Shown piece after piece: positions 47,531 through 59,086 of a DNA stretch of 64,000 nt. Each line of letters begins with the position of its first letter. The first letter of the stretch is position 1. The notes beneath the pieces were generated by a model that made no database searches, was not told where the DNA came from, and saw nothing but the letters and a program-made list of their open reading frames with translations. The stretch comes from Mustelus asterias (taxonomy: Eukaryota), in NCBI RefSeq assembly GCF_964213995.1, contig NW_027590224.1, positions 248,001 through 312,000 on the forward strand, written 5' to 3'. The position numbers and the translations under genes are program-made.

Positions 47531-49370
47531 CCTCTCATAATTTTGTACATTTCTATCAGATCCCCCCTCAGCCTCCTCTGTCCCAGGGAAAACAAGGCCA
47601 GCCTATCCAATCTCTCATCGTAGCTGAACCATTCCATCCCAGGCAACGTACTGGTGAATCTCCTCTGCACCCTCTCCAGTGCAATCAAGTCATTTCTATT
47701 ATGTGGCAACCGGAACTGCATTCAATATTCTTACCTGTGGTCTAAGCAATGTTTTATAAAGTTGTACCAAGACCTCCCTGCTCTCTATGTCCTGACTAAT
47801 GAAGGCAAGCATTCCTTCTTCATCATTCCATCTACCTGTGCTGCCACTTTCAAGGATCTATGGACTTGTACACCAAGGTCCCTTTGTTCTTCAATGCTTC
47901 CACGGGACCTACCGTTCAGTGTGTATATCCTACCTTTATTAGACCTCCCAAAATCACCTCACACTTATCAGGATTAAATTCGATCTGCCATTGCTCTGCT
48001 CAACTTACCAGCTGATCAACATCAGTCTGTAGCCTCAGACTATCCTCCTCATTATCAACAACACCACCAATTTCTGTGTTATCTGCAAACTTACTAATTC
48101 TACCTTCGACATTCACATCCAAGTCATGAATGTATATAACAAACAGCGAGGTTCTCAGCACCGATCCTTGTGGTACTCTGCTGGTCACAGGCTTCCAACC
48201 ACAACAGCAGCCCTTCACCTTCACCCTTTACCTCCGATTAACAAGCCAATTTTGAGTTCAATTTGCCAACTTGTCTTGGATCCCATGGGCGTTTTGGAAC
48301 AGCCTTCCATGTGGGACTTTGTCAAATACTTACTGAAGTCCACATTAACTGTACTCATCAATATATTTAGATCCCATTTCAAAAAACTCAATTCAATTTG
48401 TTAGACAGGATCTCCCACCAATAAATCCATGCTGACTATCCCTACCTTTCCAAGTGTTGATTAATCCTGCCCCTCAGAATTTTTTCCAATCATTTCCCTA
48501 CGACTGACGTTAGACTAACTGGTTTGTAATTTCCTGGCTAATCCTTGCTGCCCTTGAATAAAGGTCTAACATTCGCTCTCCTCCAGTCATCTGGCACTTC
48601 ACCTGTGGCCAGTGAAGATTTAAATATCCCTGTCAGGGCCCCTGCACTCTCCTCCCTTGCCTCCCTTGGCAGCCTGGGATACATCTCATCAGGCCCTGGG
48701 GATTTAAGCATCTTTATGGCCACTGAAGCATCTAATATCTCCTCCTTATTAATCTCAACATGTAATAAAATTTCACCATCCCAACTGAAATCTCCAGCTA
48801 CAATCAGCAGCTCCCTAATGAATACAGATGAAAAATATTCACTTAGGACCTTGCCCATGTTCTCTGGCTCCACGCACAGATTACCCCTTTGGGCTCTAAT
48901 GGGTCCCACTCTTTCTCTGGTCATCCTCTTGTTCTTAATATACCAATAAAATACCTCGGGTTTTTCTTGATCTTATCTGTCAATGATATTTTGTGGCCCC
49001 TCTTTGCCCTCCTGATTTACTTTTTAAGCACTCCCCTAAACTCTCTATATACTCCTGAAGGGCCTGCCCTGTTTTGAGTGGTTTATATCTACCATATGCT
49101 TCCTTTTTATTCTTTATCAAATTCTCGATATCCCTTGACATCCAGAGTTCCCTGGACTTGCCGCTCTTGCCTTTGACTTGTAGAGGAATATGTTGGCCTT
49201 GAACTCTCACTATTTCACTTTTAAAAGACTCCAACTTCCCAAATGTAGATTCATCTACAAGTAGCTGCTTCCAGTCTTTGTTTGCCAGATCCAGTCTAAC
49301 AATATTGAAATTGGCCTTCTCCCAATTTAGACACAGAATTTCTAGACTATTCTTATCCCTTTCCATAATG
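47531..49370 (-). mobile_element. Degraded CR1 LINE
   Basis: TRERVGPI, KSPGPDEMYPR, VPQGSVL, SKFADN, LERVQRRFT. Confidence 0.92.
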
Positions 49371-49974
49371 GCATTTTTATAATTAGATCTTTCAAAGAGC
49401 TAGGACAGTCTTGATGGGTCAAATGGCCTCTTTCTATGCTGCATCATTCCATGATCTCTCCTCTAGTCAGTAACCACTCTAGATCCCTCTTGAAGGCCAC
49501 AGAGAGTCAGCAGCCATTACACCAGCTGACAGCACATTTCAGAAGGTCCTGATGCTCTGGGAAAAAATGAACTTCCCAACATCCAGTCTATTCCTATATC
49601 GTGGAGAATGTAAACCCTTCAGGTAACACTGATGAATGTTTCAATAGATTGATTGATCAAATCTACCTTTTGAAAGAAATCATTTATTTCCAATGATCTA
49701 ACAGAATGTGTAACGAATTGGGCAGTGGAGTTGGTTTGAGCTTGGTGCAGGTTGAGAAGCTGGGAGACGCAAGAATGAAGTGCTTCAGTGCCACCACTGG
49801 TGGGAGGGTGTAAATACAATGTGACATTTACACAGGCAGTTAAACCAGGACAAGGACAGAATGGGAAAAGTCGAACACCATGTTAACCATTAATTTCATA
49901 AACGAATCCCCTCCTTAAACCACTCCATGTCGCTACCTTACTTTAAGATGCACACAAACTAGTCTGAAGTCACA

Positions 49975-50225
49975 TACCAAGTCTGAGGTCACGTACCAAC
50001 CGACTCAAGAACAGCTTCTTCCCTGCTGCTATCAGACTTTTGAATGGACCTACTTTGCACTAAGTTGATCTTTCTCTACACCCGAGCTATGACTGTAACA
50101 CTACATTCTGCACTCTCCCATTTCCTTCTCAATGAACGTTATGTTTTGTCTGTATAGCGCGCAAGAAACAATACTTCTCACTGTATGTTCATACATGTGA
50201 CAATAATAAATCAAATCAAATCAAA
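49975..50225 (+). mobile_element. Rex1/Babar 3' end
   Basis: Matches 41095-41335; ends in (AAATC)n. Confidence 0.9.
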
Positions 50226-50469
50226 AACTATTTGACACTGAGCTACATAAGGAGTGGTTTTGACAGGCGACTTGTCAAAGTTAAGTTTTAGTATGTTTCT
50301 TAAAGGAGAGAGAGCTTATGTAAGTATCTTTGTGCTTGTAAAAGTATGTAATAAACTTTGGAAGCTCCATATTCCTCCATAATAATGGGAACAAAAAGTT
50401 TAAATTCACGGCCAACACTTCATGCAGGCCTGAGGCAGGTTCTGTATGGTAATTCTGTAAGTGTGTCTG

Positions 50470-50590
50470 TAATTATGGACCCCTCCACTGCTTCATATTC
50501 ATTCTCTGCCACACATTGATAGTCTCCAGTGACCCTGGATGTAACGTGAGGAATCACCAACCACAGCTCATTGTTGGAACTCGTTCTATT
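50470..50590 (-). pseudogene. Half Ig-domain exon remnant of gene B (NRTSSNNELWLVIPHVTSRVTGDYQCVAENEYEAVEGSIIT)
   Basis: Clear E-F-G strand motif L.L.I..V....GDYQCVAEN; in-frame TGA upstream, no B-strand Cys or C-strand Trp, no phase-1 acceptor or donor. Confidence 0.75.
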
Positions 50591-50894
50591 CCCAATGACA
50601 TTAAGATGTGAAAACAGGACGCATCAGGACAGATCACAAGTATACCAATGGTAAAAGAGGTCAACAATTTATACTTCATTAAAAGAGAGCGCTAATAGGT
50701 TGGCAAGTGGTAGAGGCATTCCCAATGGACAGTGCTGTGTACAGGATAAAAACATTAGATACTTATGTCCTTTTTTGCGGCAATACTATAATAAAGATCA
50801 GTTATCTGACATCGTCGCTGAGACCCTGAGAATGTGAAATGTCTGATATCAATGTAGGATCCTGCACCACAAAGCAAGGAATCCAGATAGACAT

Positions 50895-51965
50895 TCAGTT
50901 CAGTACTGAAAACGTTTGGCACTGTCAGAGGGTCACCACAGAGGGAGTGCTGCACTGTCAGAGGGTCAGTACTGGGAGAGTGCCGCACTGTCAGAGGGTC
51001 AGTATTGATGGAGCGCCGCACTGTCAGAGGGTCAGTACTGAGGGAGTGCTACACTGTCAGAGGGTCAGTACTGAGGGAGTGCCGCACTGTCAGAGGGTCA
51101 GTACTGAGGGAGTGCCGCACTGTCAGAGGGTCAGTACTGAGGGAGTGCCACACTGTCAGAGGGTCAGTACTGAGGGATTGCTGCACTGTCAGAGGGTCAA
51201 TACTGAGGGAGTGCCACACTGTCAGAGGGTCAGTGCTGAGGGAGTGCCGCACTGTCAGAGTGTCAGTACTGAGGGAGTGCTGCACTGTCAGAGGGTCAGT
51301 ACTGAGGGAGTCCTGCACTGTCAGAGGGTCAGTACTGAGGGAGTGCCGCACTGTCAGAGGGTCAGTACTGAGGGAGTGCCACATGTCAGAGGGTCAGTAC
51401 TGAGGGAGTGCCGCACTGTCAGAGGGTCAGTGCTGAGGGAGTGCCGCACTGTCAGAGGGTCAGTACTGAGGGAGTGCTGCACTGTCAGAGGGTCAATACT
51501 GAGGGAGTCCTGCACTGTCAGAGGGTTAGTACAGAGGGAGTGCAGCACTGTCAGAGGGTCAGTATTGAGTGAGTGCTGCACTGTCAGAGGGTCAATACTG
51601 AGGGAGTCCTGCACTGTCAGAGGGTCAGTACTGAGGGAGTGCTGCACTGTCAGAGGGTCAATACTGAGGGAGTCCTGCACTGTCAGAGGGTCAGTACTGA
51701 GGGAGTGCTGCACTGTCAGAGGGTTAGTACTGAGGGAGTGCCGCACTGTTACAGGGTCAGTGCTGAGGGAATGCTGCACTGTCAGACGGTCAGTGCTGAG
51801 GGAGCGCCGCACTGACAGAGGGTCAGTACAGAGGGAGCGCAGGACTGTCAAGAGGGTCAGTACTGAGGGAGTGCCGCACTGTCAGAGGGTCAGTACTGAG
51901 GGAGTGCCGCACTGTCAGAGGGTCAGTACTGAGGGAATGCCGCACTGTCAGAGGGTCAGTACGAA
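50895..51965. repeat. 33-bp minisatellite array 4
   Basis: ~32 copies, begins ~40 bp from the C2 exon donor. Confidence 0.97.
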
Positions 51966-52003
51966 GGGACCTGTAATGTATAATAAAGAAAGCCTGTATT
52001 TAC

Positions 52004-52297
52004 ATTGCACAGTGAGTACGAGTGTCTGCTCCGATGAAACAGATGGATATCTCACTCTACAGGTGAGATTGTGTCCGTGGTGCTTGAGTGATGGGATCAG
52101 GGTCAGAACAGAAGTATAGGTCAGAGTGACACCATGCTGAGTTACAGTGTTTGAGACTGACCCAGGTACGTCAGTGGGAGGGTCCCAGGTTAAGACAGGT
52201 GCTGTTCCATTGCACGTTGTGTTGAAGGTGCAGCTTATGTCCACACGCTTTCCTGCAATAACTTCAGCAGGGAATATTGTGGGTTTATCTGTGAAAT
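52004..52297 (-). CDS. Siglec/MAG-like gene B, C2-set Ig exon
   Basis: 294 bp, phase 1-1, acceptor CTGTGTGTTAG, donor GTAAAT; paralog of 1069-1362. Confidence 0.92.
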
Positions 52298-53081
52298 CTA
52301 ACACACAGAGAATGGATCCTTTTAGATAAATATAACATGAAGCATCAGTTCAAATAGAAATCACAGCCCCACAAGAGAAAGCACTGTTACAAGGATGAAA
52401 TCATCCACAATCATCTGAGAGACTTTAAAGATTAGGAAACAGTGTCAGTTCTTTGGATGTTGAGGTTTCTGTCACTCAGCTGAATGCACTTTCTTGAATG
52501 GATAATACTGGGCGAGAGTGGAGGAGCAGATCAGAGCTTAGAGTGCACTGGATCATCATTGACTTAGCAATCCAGCCAAATCTCCCAGTCCTCTCTGTGG
52601 GAGCACAAACTGGCCGCTGTGGTTCCTGAATTACAACAGTTCAGGAATTACTTCATTGTCTGTGAATTAATTTGGGACATGGTAAAAGTCACAATAAAAA
52701 TGTGAGTATTTCTTTTGTCAATGGGTCAGACTATTAAACAGGATTCGAGAGATCGATGGGAGTGGATAACCTGATAAATTCAGTTAATACATTTAATCAT
52801 TGATATTAAAGTGAGTATTAGAGGTTGCTTTAGGACTGAACTGGAAGTTATCACCAGGTTATTGATAAACAGACATTGACAAAAGCTGTGTTTTGTGTTA
52901 ATATGTAGAATTATAGAATGATAAAATACCTACAGTGCAGAAGGGGGCCATTAAGTCCATTGAGTTTGCACTGACCACAATCCCACCCAGGTCCTATCCC
53001 CGTAACCCCACATATTTACCCTACTCATCTCCCTGAAATTAAGGGGCAATTGAGCATGGCCAATCCATCTAACCCGCACAT

Positions 53082-54301
53082 TTTTTTTATTCATTCGTGG
53101 GACATGGGTGTCATTGGCTGGCTAGCATTTATTATGTGGAGATGCCGGCGTTGGACTGGGGTAAACACAGTAAGAGTTTTAACAACGCCAGGTTAAAGTC
53201 CAACAGGTTTATTTGGTAGCAAATGCCATTAGCTTTCAGAGCGCTGCTCCTTCGTCAGATGGAGTGGATATCTGCTCTCAAACAGGGCACAGAGACACAA
53301 AATCAAGTTAGAATACTGATTAGAATACGAATCCCTACAGCCAACCAGGTCTTAAAGATACAGACAATGTGAGTGGAGGGAGCATTAAGCACAGGTTAAA
53401 GAGATGTGTATTGTCTCCAGACAGGACAGCATTTATTGCCCATCCCTAGTTGCCCTTGAGAAGGTGGTGGTGAGCTGCCGTCTTGAATCGCTGCAGTCCA
53501 TGTGCTGTGGATTAGCCCACAATGCAGTTAGGGAGGGAATTCCAGAATTTTAACCCAGTGACTGTGAAGGAACAGCGATATATTTCCAAGTCGGGATGGT
53601 GAGTGACTTGGAGGGGAACTTGCAGGTGGTGGTGTTCCCGTGTATCTGCTGCCCTTGTCCTTCTAGATGGAAGTGGTTGTGGGTTTGGAAGGTACTGTCT
53701 TCGGATCTTTGGTAAATTGCTGCAGTGCATCTTGTAGATGGTACACACGGCTGCTACTGAGCGTCAGTCGTGGAGGGAGTGGATGTTTGTAGATGTGGTG
53801 CCAATCAAGCAGGGCTGCTTTGTCCTAGATGGTGTCGAGCTTCATGAGTGTTGGAGCTGCACCCATCCAGGCAAGTGGGAGTATTCCATTGCACTCCTGA
53901 CTAGTGCCTTGTAGATGGTGGACAGGCTCTGGGGAGTCAGGAGGTTAGTTACTCACTGCAGTATTCCTAGCCTCTGACCTGCTCTTGTAGCCACTGTGTT
54001 AATGTGGTGAGTCCAGCTGAGTTTCTGGACAATGGTAACCCGAAGGATGTTGATAGTGGGGGATTCAATGATGGTAACACCATTGAATGCGAAGGAGCAG
54101 TGATTGGAGTTTCTCTTATTCGCGATGGTCATTGCCTGACATTTGTGTGGCATGAATGTTACTTGTCATTTGTCAGCCCAAGCCTGGATATTGTCCAGAT
54201 CTTGTTGCATTTGAACATGGAATGCTTCAGTATCTGAGGACTCGCGAATGGTGCTGAACATTGTGCAATCATCGGCGAACATCCCCACTTCTGACCTTAT
54301 G
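53082..54301 (-). mobile_element. CR1/L2-group LINE 3' fragment (same family as 44245-45985)
   Basis: GMFADDCTMF, QDLDNIQAWADK; shared 3' end TTTATTCATTC. Confidence 0.9.
53134..53427 (-). mobile_element. Penelope pLTR with hammerhead (53226-53262)
   Basis: Reverse complement of 4850-5142; 10-bp TSD AGCATTTATT. Confidence 0.9.
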
Positions 54302-54526
54302 ACATCTTTGGACTGTGGGAGGAAACCAGGGCACCCAGATGAAACCCACACAGACACGGGGAGAACGTGCAAACTCTACACTGCCAGACAACCGGAATTT
54401 AAGTCGGAATTTAACCCAGGTCCCTGGAGCTGTGAGGCAGCAGTGCTAACCACTGTGTCACCGTGCGTAAATGTCACAGTTTGAGTTATTTCCCATTGCG
54501 TGTTGAATGTGAATTGTTGCACTTAC

Positions 54527-54892
54527 CAGAAACATGAAGCTGGGTTAGAGGATAATAACTGTAATGATATTCGTTGTCAAACTTTATTCTGAAATAATAA
54601 GATCCTGCATCTTCCTGTGTGACGTTGTTTAGAATCAGGGAACAGTCGCCATCTTTCAGGTCTCCAGACAGCCGGGTCCGATGGCGGAACAATGGCAATG
54701 TGTGATTTTGATTCTTGGAATGAAAGGCTATGGACCATGTTCCCCATTCCTTGTTAGTATACCAGATTCCAACTCGCGGTCGTTTTGCTAAATGCGATGG
54801 ATAACTGTAATGACATGGAATTTGTACACACGAACCTTCCTGCACTGTCATCTGTTCTGGATTGTAGACTTTTATTTCTTGTGACAGTGCAA
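54527..54892 (-). CDS. Siglec/MAG-like gene B, V-set exon V3
   Basis: 366 bp, phase 1-1, acceptor TTTCTCTCCTCAG, donor GTAAGT; CVQIPC, DCSL, YYFRIK. Confidence 0.93.
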
Positions 54893-55367
54893 CTGAGGAG
54901 AGAAATATCAATATTTAACACTGGATGGATTGTAGATCCACCAGACTCGATATCCACCCCCTCTGTCACTGGTACACAGTGGCTGCAGTGTGGACCATCT
55001 ACAGGACAAAAGGAACTACCCAAGGTTTCTCAATGAATAAAAGAGAATCCTAGACACAGGAGTGGACAAGATCATTCTACATTGACTCATAGTCCCCTGG
55101 ACCTTGTTTAGTGAATCCATTCTTCCACCCAACACAATATCCACAAGACGCACCTGTTGAGATACATTCAGTGCTGATTTACAAGGCAGGACAATGGAAT
55201 CCTCAGAAATCCCACCATCATCACCCTCTTGAACCACTGGTTAACCTCGCCCTCCTGTTTGCTCTTCAACGCAGCTGATTGAATCAGATTGAACCAATCA
55301 CATTGGTGCAATTTGTGTCTTCACTGTCTGAGGTATCTATTTGTATCCTCATTGTCAAAGGAACCCT

Positions 55368-56153
55368 GGTGATGTGAGGTGATTCATTTTGGTAGGACTA
55401 ATTTAAATGTGGATTACAGGGTCAAAGGTAGGGTTCTGAAGACTGTGGAGGAACAGAGAGATCTTGGGGTCCATATCCACAGATCTCTAAAGGTTGCCAC
55501 TCAAGTGGATAGAGCTGTGAAGAAGGCCTATAGTGTGTTAGCTTTTATTAACAGGGGGTTGGAGTTTAAGAGCCGTGGGGTTATGCTGCAACTGTACAGG
55601 ACCTTGGTGAGACCACATTTGGAATATTGTGTGCAGTTCTGGTCACCTCACTATAAGAAGGATGTGGAAGCGCTGGAAAGAGTGCAGAGGAGATTTACCA
55701 GGATGCTGCCTGGTTTGGAGGGTAGGTCTTATGAGGAAAGGTTGAGGGAGCTAGGGCTGTTCTCTCTGGAGCGGAGGAGGCTGAGGGGAGACTTAATAGA
55801 GGTTCATAAAATGATGAAGGGGATAGATAGAGTGAACGTTCAAAGACTATTTCCTCGGGTGGATGGAGCTATCACAAGAGGGCATAACTATAGGGTTCAT
55901 GTTGGGAGATATAGGAAGGATATCAGAGGTAGGTTCTTTACGCAGAGAGTGGTTGGGGTGTGGAATGGACTGCCTGCAGTGATAGTGGAGTCAGACACTT
56001 TAGGAACATTTAAGCGGTTATTGGATAGGCACATGGAGCGCACCAGGATGATAGGGAGTGGGATAGCTTGATCTTGGTTTCAGATAAAGCTCGGCACAAC
56101 ATCGTGGGCCGAAGGGCCTGTTCTGTGCTGTACTGTTCTATGTTCTATGTTCT
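55368..56153 (+). mobile_element. Young CR1 3' fragment
   Basis: Open ORF2 C-terminus 55379-56071, (GTTCTAT)n tail, TSD AACCCT. Confidence 0.95.
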
Positions 56154-56399
56154 AACCCTTTTGGATCTTCATTAAAGATAGGGAGGGTTGAAGGGACTGG
56201 TGGAAGCTACTGAGATAGGGAGGGGTGACGGGACTGGTGGAGGTTACAGAGATAGGGAGGTCTGTCAGAGCTGGAGGAGGCCTTTAATGAGTTTGTACAC
56301 TGGGCCACTGCTGAATTGGTTCCCAATCAGAGCTCAATAAGAATGATCTTTTACAAAGACTATTAAACATAAATCTGTCCGAGCTGATGATGATATTAC

Positions 56400-56439
56400 C
56401 TTGGAGAAACGACAGGAGGAAGTAAGATTTCCCGATCAT
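56400..56439 (-). CDS. Gene B leader exon, coding part (MIGKSYFLLSFLQ + G); full exon 56400-56481
   Basis: Same structure and splice sites as 19585-19666. Confidence 0.88.
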
Positions 56440-56542
56440 TGTCCACTCCCAGATATTTCACCAGCTTCTCACTCTCAAGCTCTGAAAGAGAAAGGAGTTA
56501 ATGAGACCTCACCTCTTGTCTGACAGCTCTCAAGAGATCGAG

Positions 56543-56855
56543 CTTGTGGGTGACACAGTGGTTAGCACTTCTGCCTCACAACGCCAAGGACCCGGGTTCG
56601 ATTCCAGCTTTGGTCACTGTCTGTATGGAGTCTGCATGTTCTCCCCGTGTCTGCGTGGGTTTCCTCCGGGTGCTCCAGTTTCCTCCCACACTATGTAGGT
56701 GAGGTGGATTGGCCATGCTAAATTGTCCCTTAGTGTTAAGGAGATTAGCTGGGTAATTATGTGAGGTTAAGGGGATAGGGCCTGGGTGGGATTGTTGATG
56801 GTGCAGGCTCCAGGGGCTGAATGGCCTTCTGCGCTGCAGGGATTCTATGATTTTA
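56543..56855 (+). mobile_element. HE1-type V-SINE
   Basis: A/B boxes, V-domain, CR1-like tail; absent at the paralogous site ~21957. Confidence 0.9.
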
Positions 56856-57204
56856 AAGAACTGCTTTTAGACAATGTCATCACAGACAAATTGGATTCTG
56901 TGTTGGATGATAGGTGCTCTGCAGAGAGTCACAAGGCTTTAAGAAAGAGAAACAATGGAGGACTTTCATTTCTATAGCGCCTTTCAGCACCTTCAGATAC
57001 CCCAAAGCTCATGACTCTGCAACTCCCTCGTTCCTTGAACTAGAAGGATGTTCTGTACGACAGGATTAACCTCACACTAGGATCCCAATAATCAGTAGAA
57101 ATCTTTCAAAAGCGTCAATCATTGGAATCTGTCTATAAAGTCACAACATCAACAAAGGACAATGTTGCTCATGGAAAATAATTCTAATCGATACGTTTTT
57201 TTAC

Positions 57205-57360
57205 CCAGGACCTATCTGACTCCTCTACTGGAGCGTAACTGCTGACACACCATGCGGAAGCTGAATAAGCTCTCCCTGTAATGCTTCTTCTCTGTATTTG
57301 AATAGAAAGCGTCGACATGTTTCTGAGAATCCAAATGAGAAAGTGCTAATGAGGTGGGTA
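57205..57360 (-). promoter_or_regulatory. Diverged second copy of gene B exon 1/promoter
   Basis: 56960-57350 is homologous to 22040-22450 and 58840-59240; donor weakened to GTAAAA. Confidence 0.45.
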
Positions 57361-57585
57361 AAAAACTCATGTTTTGGATTAATGGTAAACTGTTAACTCT
57401 TTGTGTACTCAACCAGTGATGATATTTCGACTCAAAAGGAGGATCAGCATTGAGAAGGAATTTCCACTATGGGCCAGAGGGTTTCACACGCTATCTCCCT
57501 CTCCGTTATCTGTGTGAAGATCATATGTTCAAAACCCCATTGCAAAGCCCTGAGCCCCATAAACCAGGGCAAAGGTTTAAAGAGT

Positions 57586-58817
57586 AAGTACTGAGGGAGT
57601 GCCGCACTGTCAGAGGGTCAGTGCTGAGGGAGTGCCGCTCTGTCGGAGGGTCAGTACTGAGGGAGTGCCGCACTGTCAGAGGGTCAGTACTGAGGGAGTG
57701 CTGCACTGTCAGAAGGTCAGTACTGAGGGAGTGCCGCACTGTCAGAGAGTCAGTACTGAGGGAGTGCTGCACTGTCAGAGGGTCAGTACTGAGGGAGTGC
57801 CACACTGTCAGAGGGTCAGTACTGAGGGAGTGCCGCACTGTCAGAGGGTCAGTCCAGAGGGAGTGCTGCACCGTCAGAGGGTCAGTACTGAGGGAATGAT
57901 GCACTGTGGGAGGGTCAGTACTCAGGGAGTGCCGCACTGTCAGAGGGTCAGAGCTGAGGGAGTGCTGCATTGTGAGAGGGTCAGGACTGAGGGAGTGCCG
58001 CACTGTCAGAGGGTCAGTACTGAGGGAGTGCCGCTGTCGGAGGGTCAGTACTGAGGGAGTGCCGCACTGTCAGAGGGTCAGTACTGAGGGAGTGTCGCAC
58101 TGTCAGAGGGTCAGTACTGAGGGAGTGTCGCACTGTCAGAGGGTCAGTGCTGAGGGAGTGCCGCACTGTCAGAGGGTCAGTACTGAGGGTGTGCCACACT
58201 GTCAGAGGGTCAGTACTGAGGGAGTGTTGCACTGTCAGAGGGTCAGTCCTGAGGGAGTGTCGCACTGTCAGAGGGTCAGTGCTGAGGGAGTGCCACACTA
58301 TCAGAGTGTCAGTACTGAGGGAGTGCCACACTGTCAGAGGGTCAGTACTGAGGGAGTGCCGCGCTGTCAGAGGGTCAGTACTAAGGGAGTGCTGCACTGT
58401 CAGAGGGTCAGTACTGAGGGAGTGCTGCACTGTCAGAGGGTCAGTACTGAGGGAGTGCCGCACTGTCAGAGGGTCAGTATTGAGGGAGTGCTGCACTGTC
58501 AGAGGGTCAGTCCTGAGGGAGTGCCGCACTGTCAGAGGGTCAGTACTGAGGGAGTGCCGCACTGTCAGAGGGTCAGTACTGAGGGAATGCCGCACTGTCA
58601 GAGGGTCAGTACTGAGGGAGTGTCACACTGTCAGAGGATCAGTACTGAGGGAGTGCCACACTGTCAGAGAGTCAGTACTGAGGAAGTGTCACACTGTCAG
58701 AGGGTCAGTACTGAGGGAGTGCTGCACTGTCAGAGGGTCAGTACTGAGGGAATGCTGCACTGTCAGAGGGTCAGTACTGAGGGAATGCTGCACTGTCGGA
58801 GGGTCAGTACTGAGGGA
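57586..58817. repeat. 33-bp minisatellite array 5
   Basis: ~37 copies, same orientation as the others. Confidence 0.97.
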
Positions 58818-59086
58818 AGAGTATAACAGGGTAAGAAGAGAAGACTTGAATTTTCATAGCAACTTTCCCTAGCTCAAGACATCAAAATCTAATGTCTCCA
58901 CACTTCCCTCGTCCCTTGAACTGGAAGGATGTTCTGTACGACAGACTGAGTCTCACACCCAGATCTCAATAATCAGTAGAAATTTTTCAAAGTCATTAAT
59001 CATTGGAATCTGTCTTAATAAAGTCTCAACATCAATAAAGGACAATGTTGGTACTGGAAGTGAATTCCAATCGTTCCGTTACTTAC

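Larger units (their letters stand above)
52905..54466 (-). mobile_element. HE1-type V-SINE split by a LINE (52905-53081 and 54302-54466)
   Basis: Tail and V-domain halves rejoin at ACAT. Confidence 0.85.

Noticed and set aside
50755-50830. Acceptor-like TTCACATTCTCAG as start of a linker or Ig3 exon
   Set aside because: Translation has no Ig or linker features and ends in a stop; cannot be supported without transcripts.
50895-51965. Arrays as Ig switch-like regions
   Set aside because: The G-rich strand is the template, not the non-template strand, AGCT motifs are essentially absent, and these are not Ig loci.
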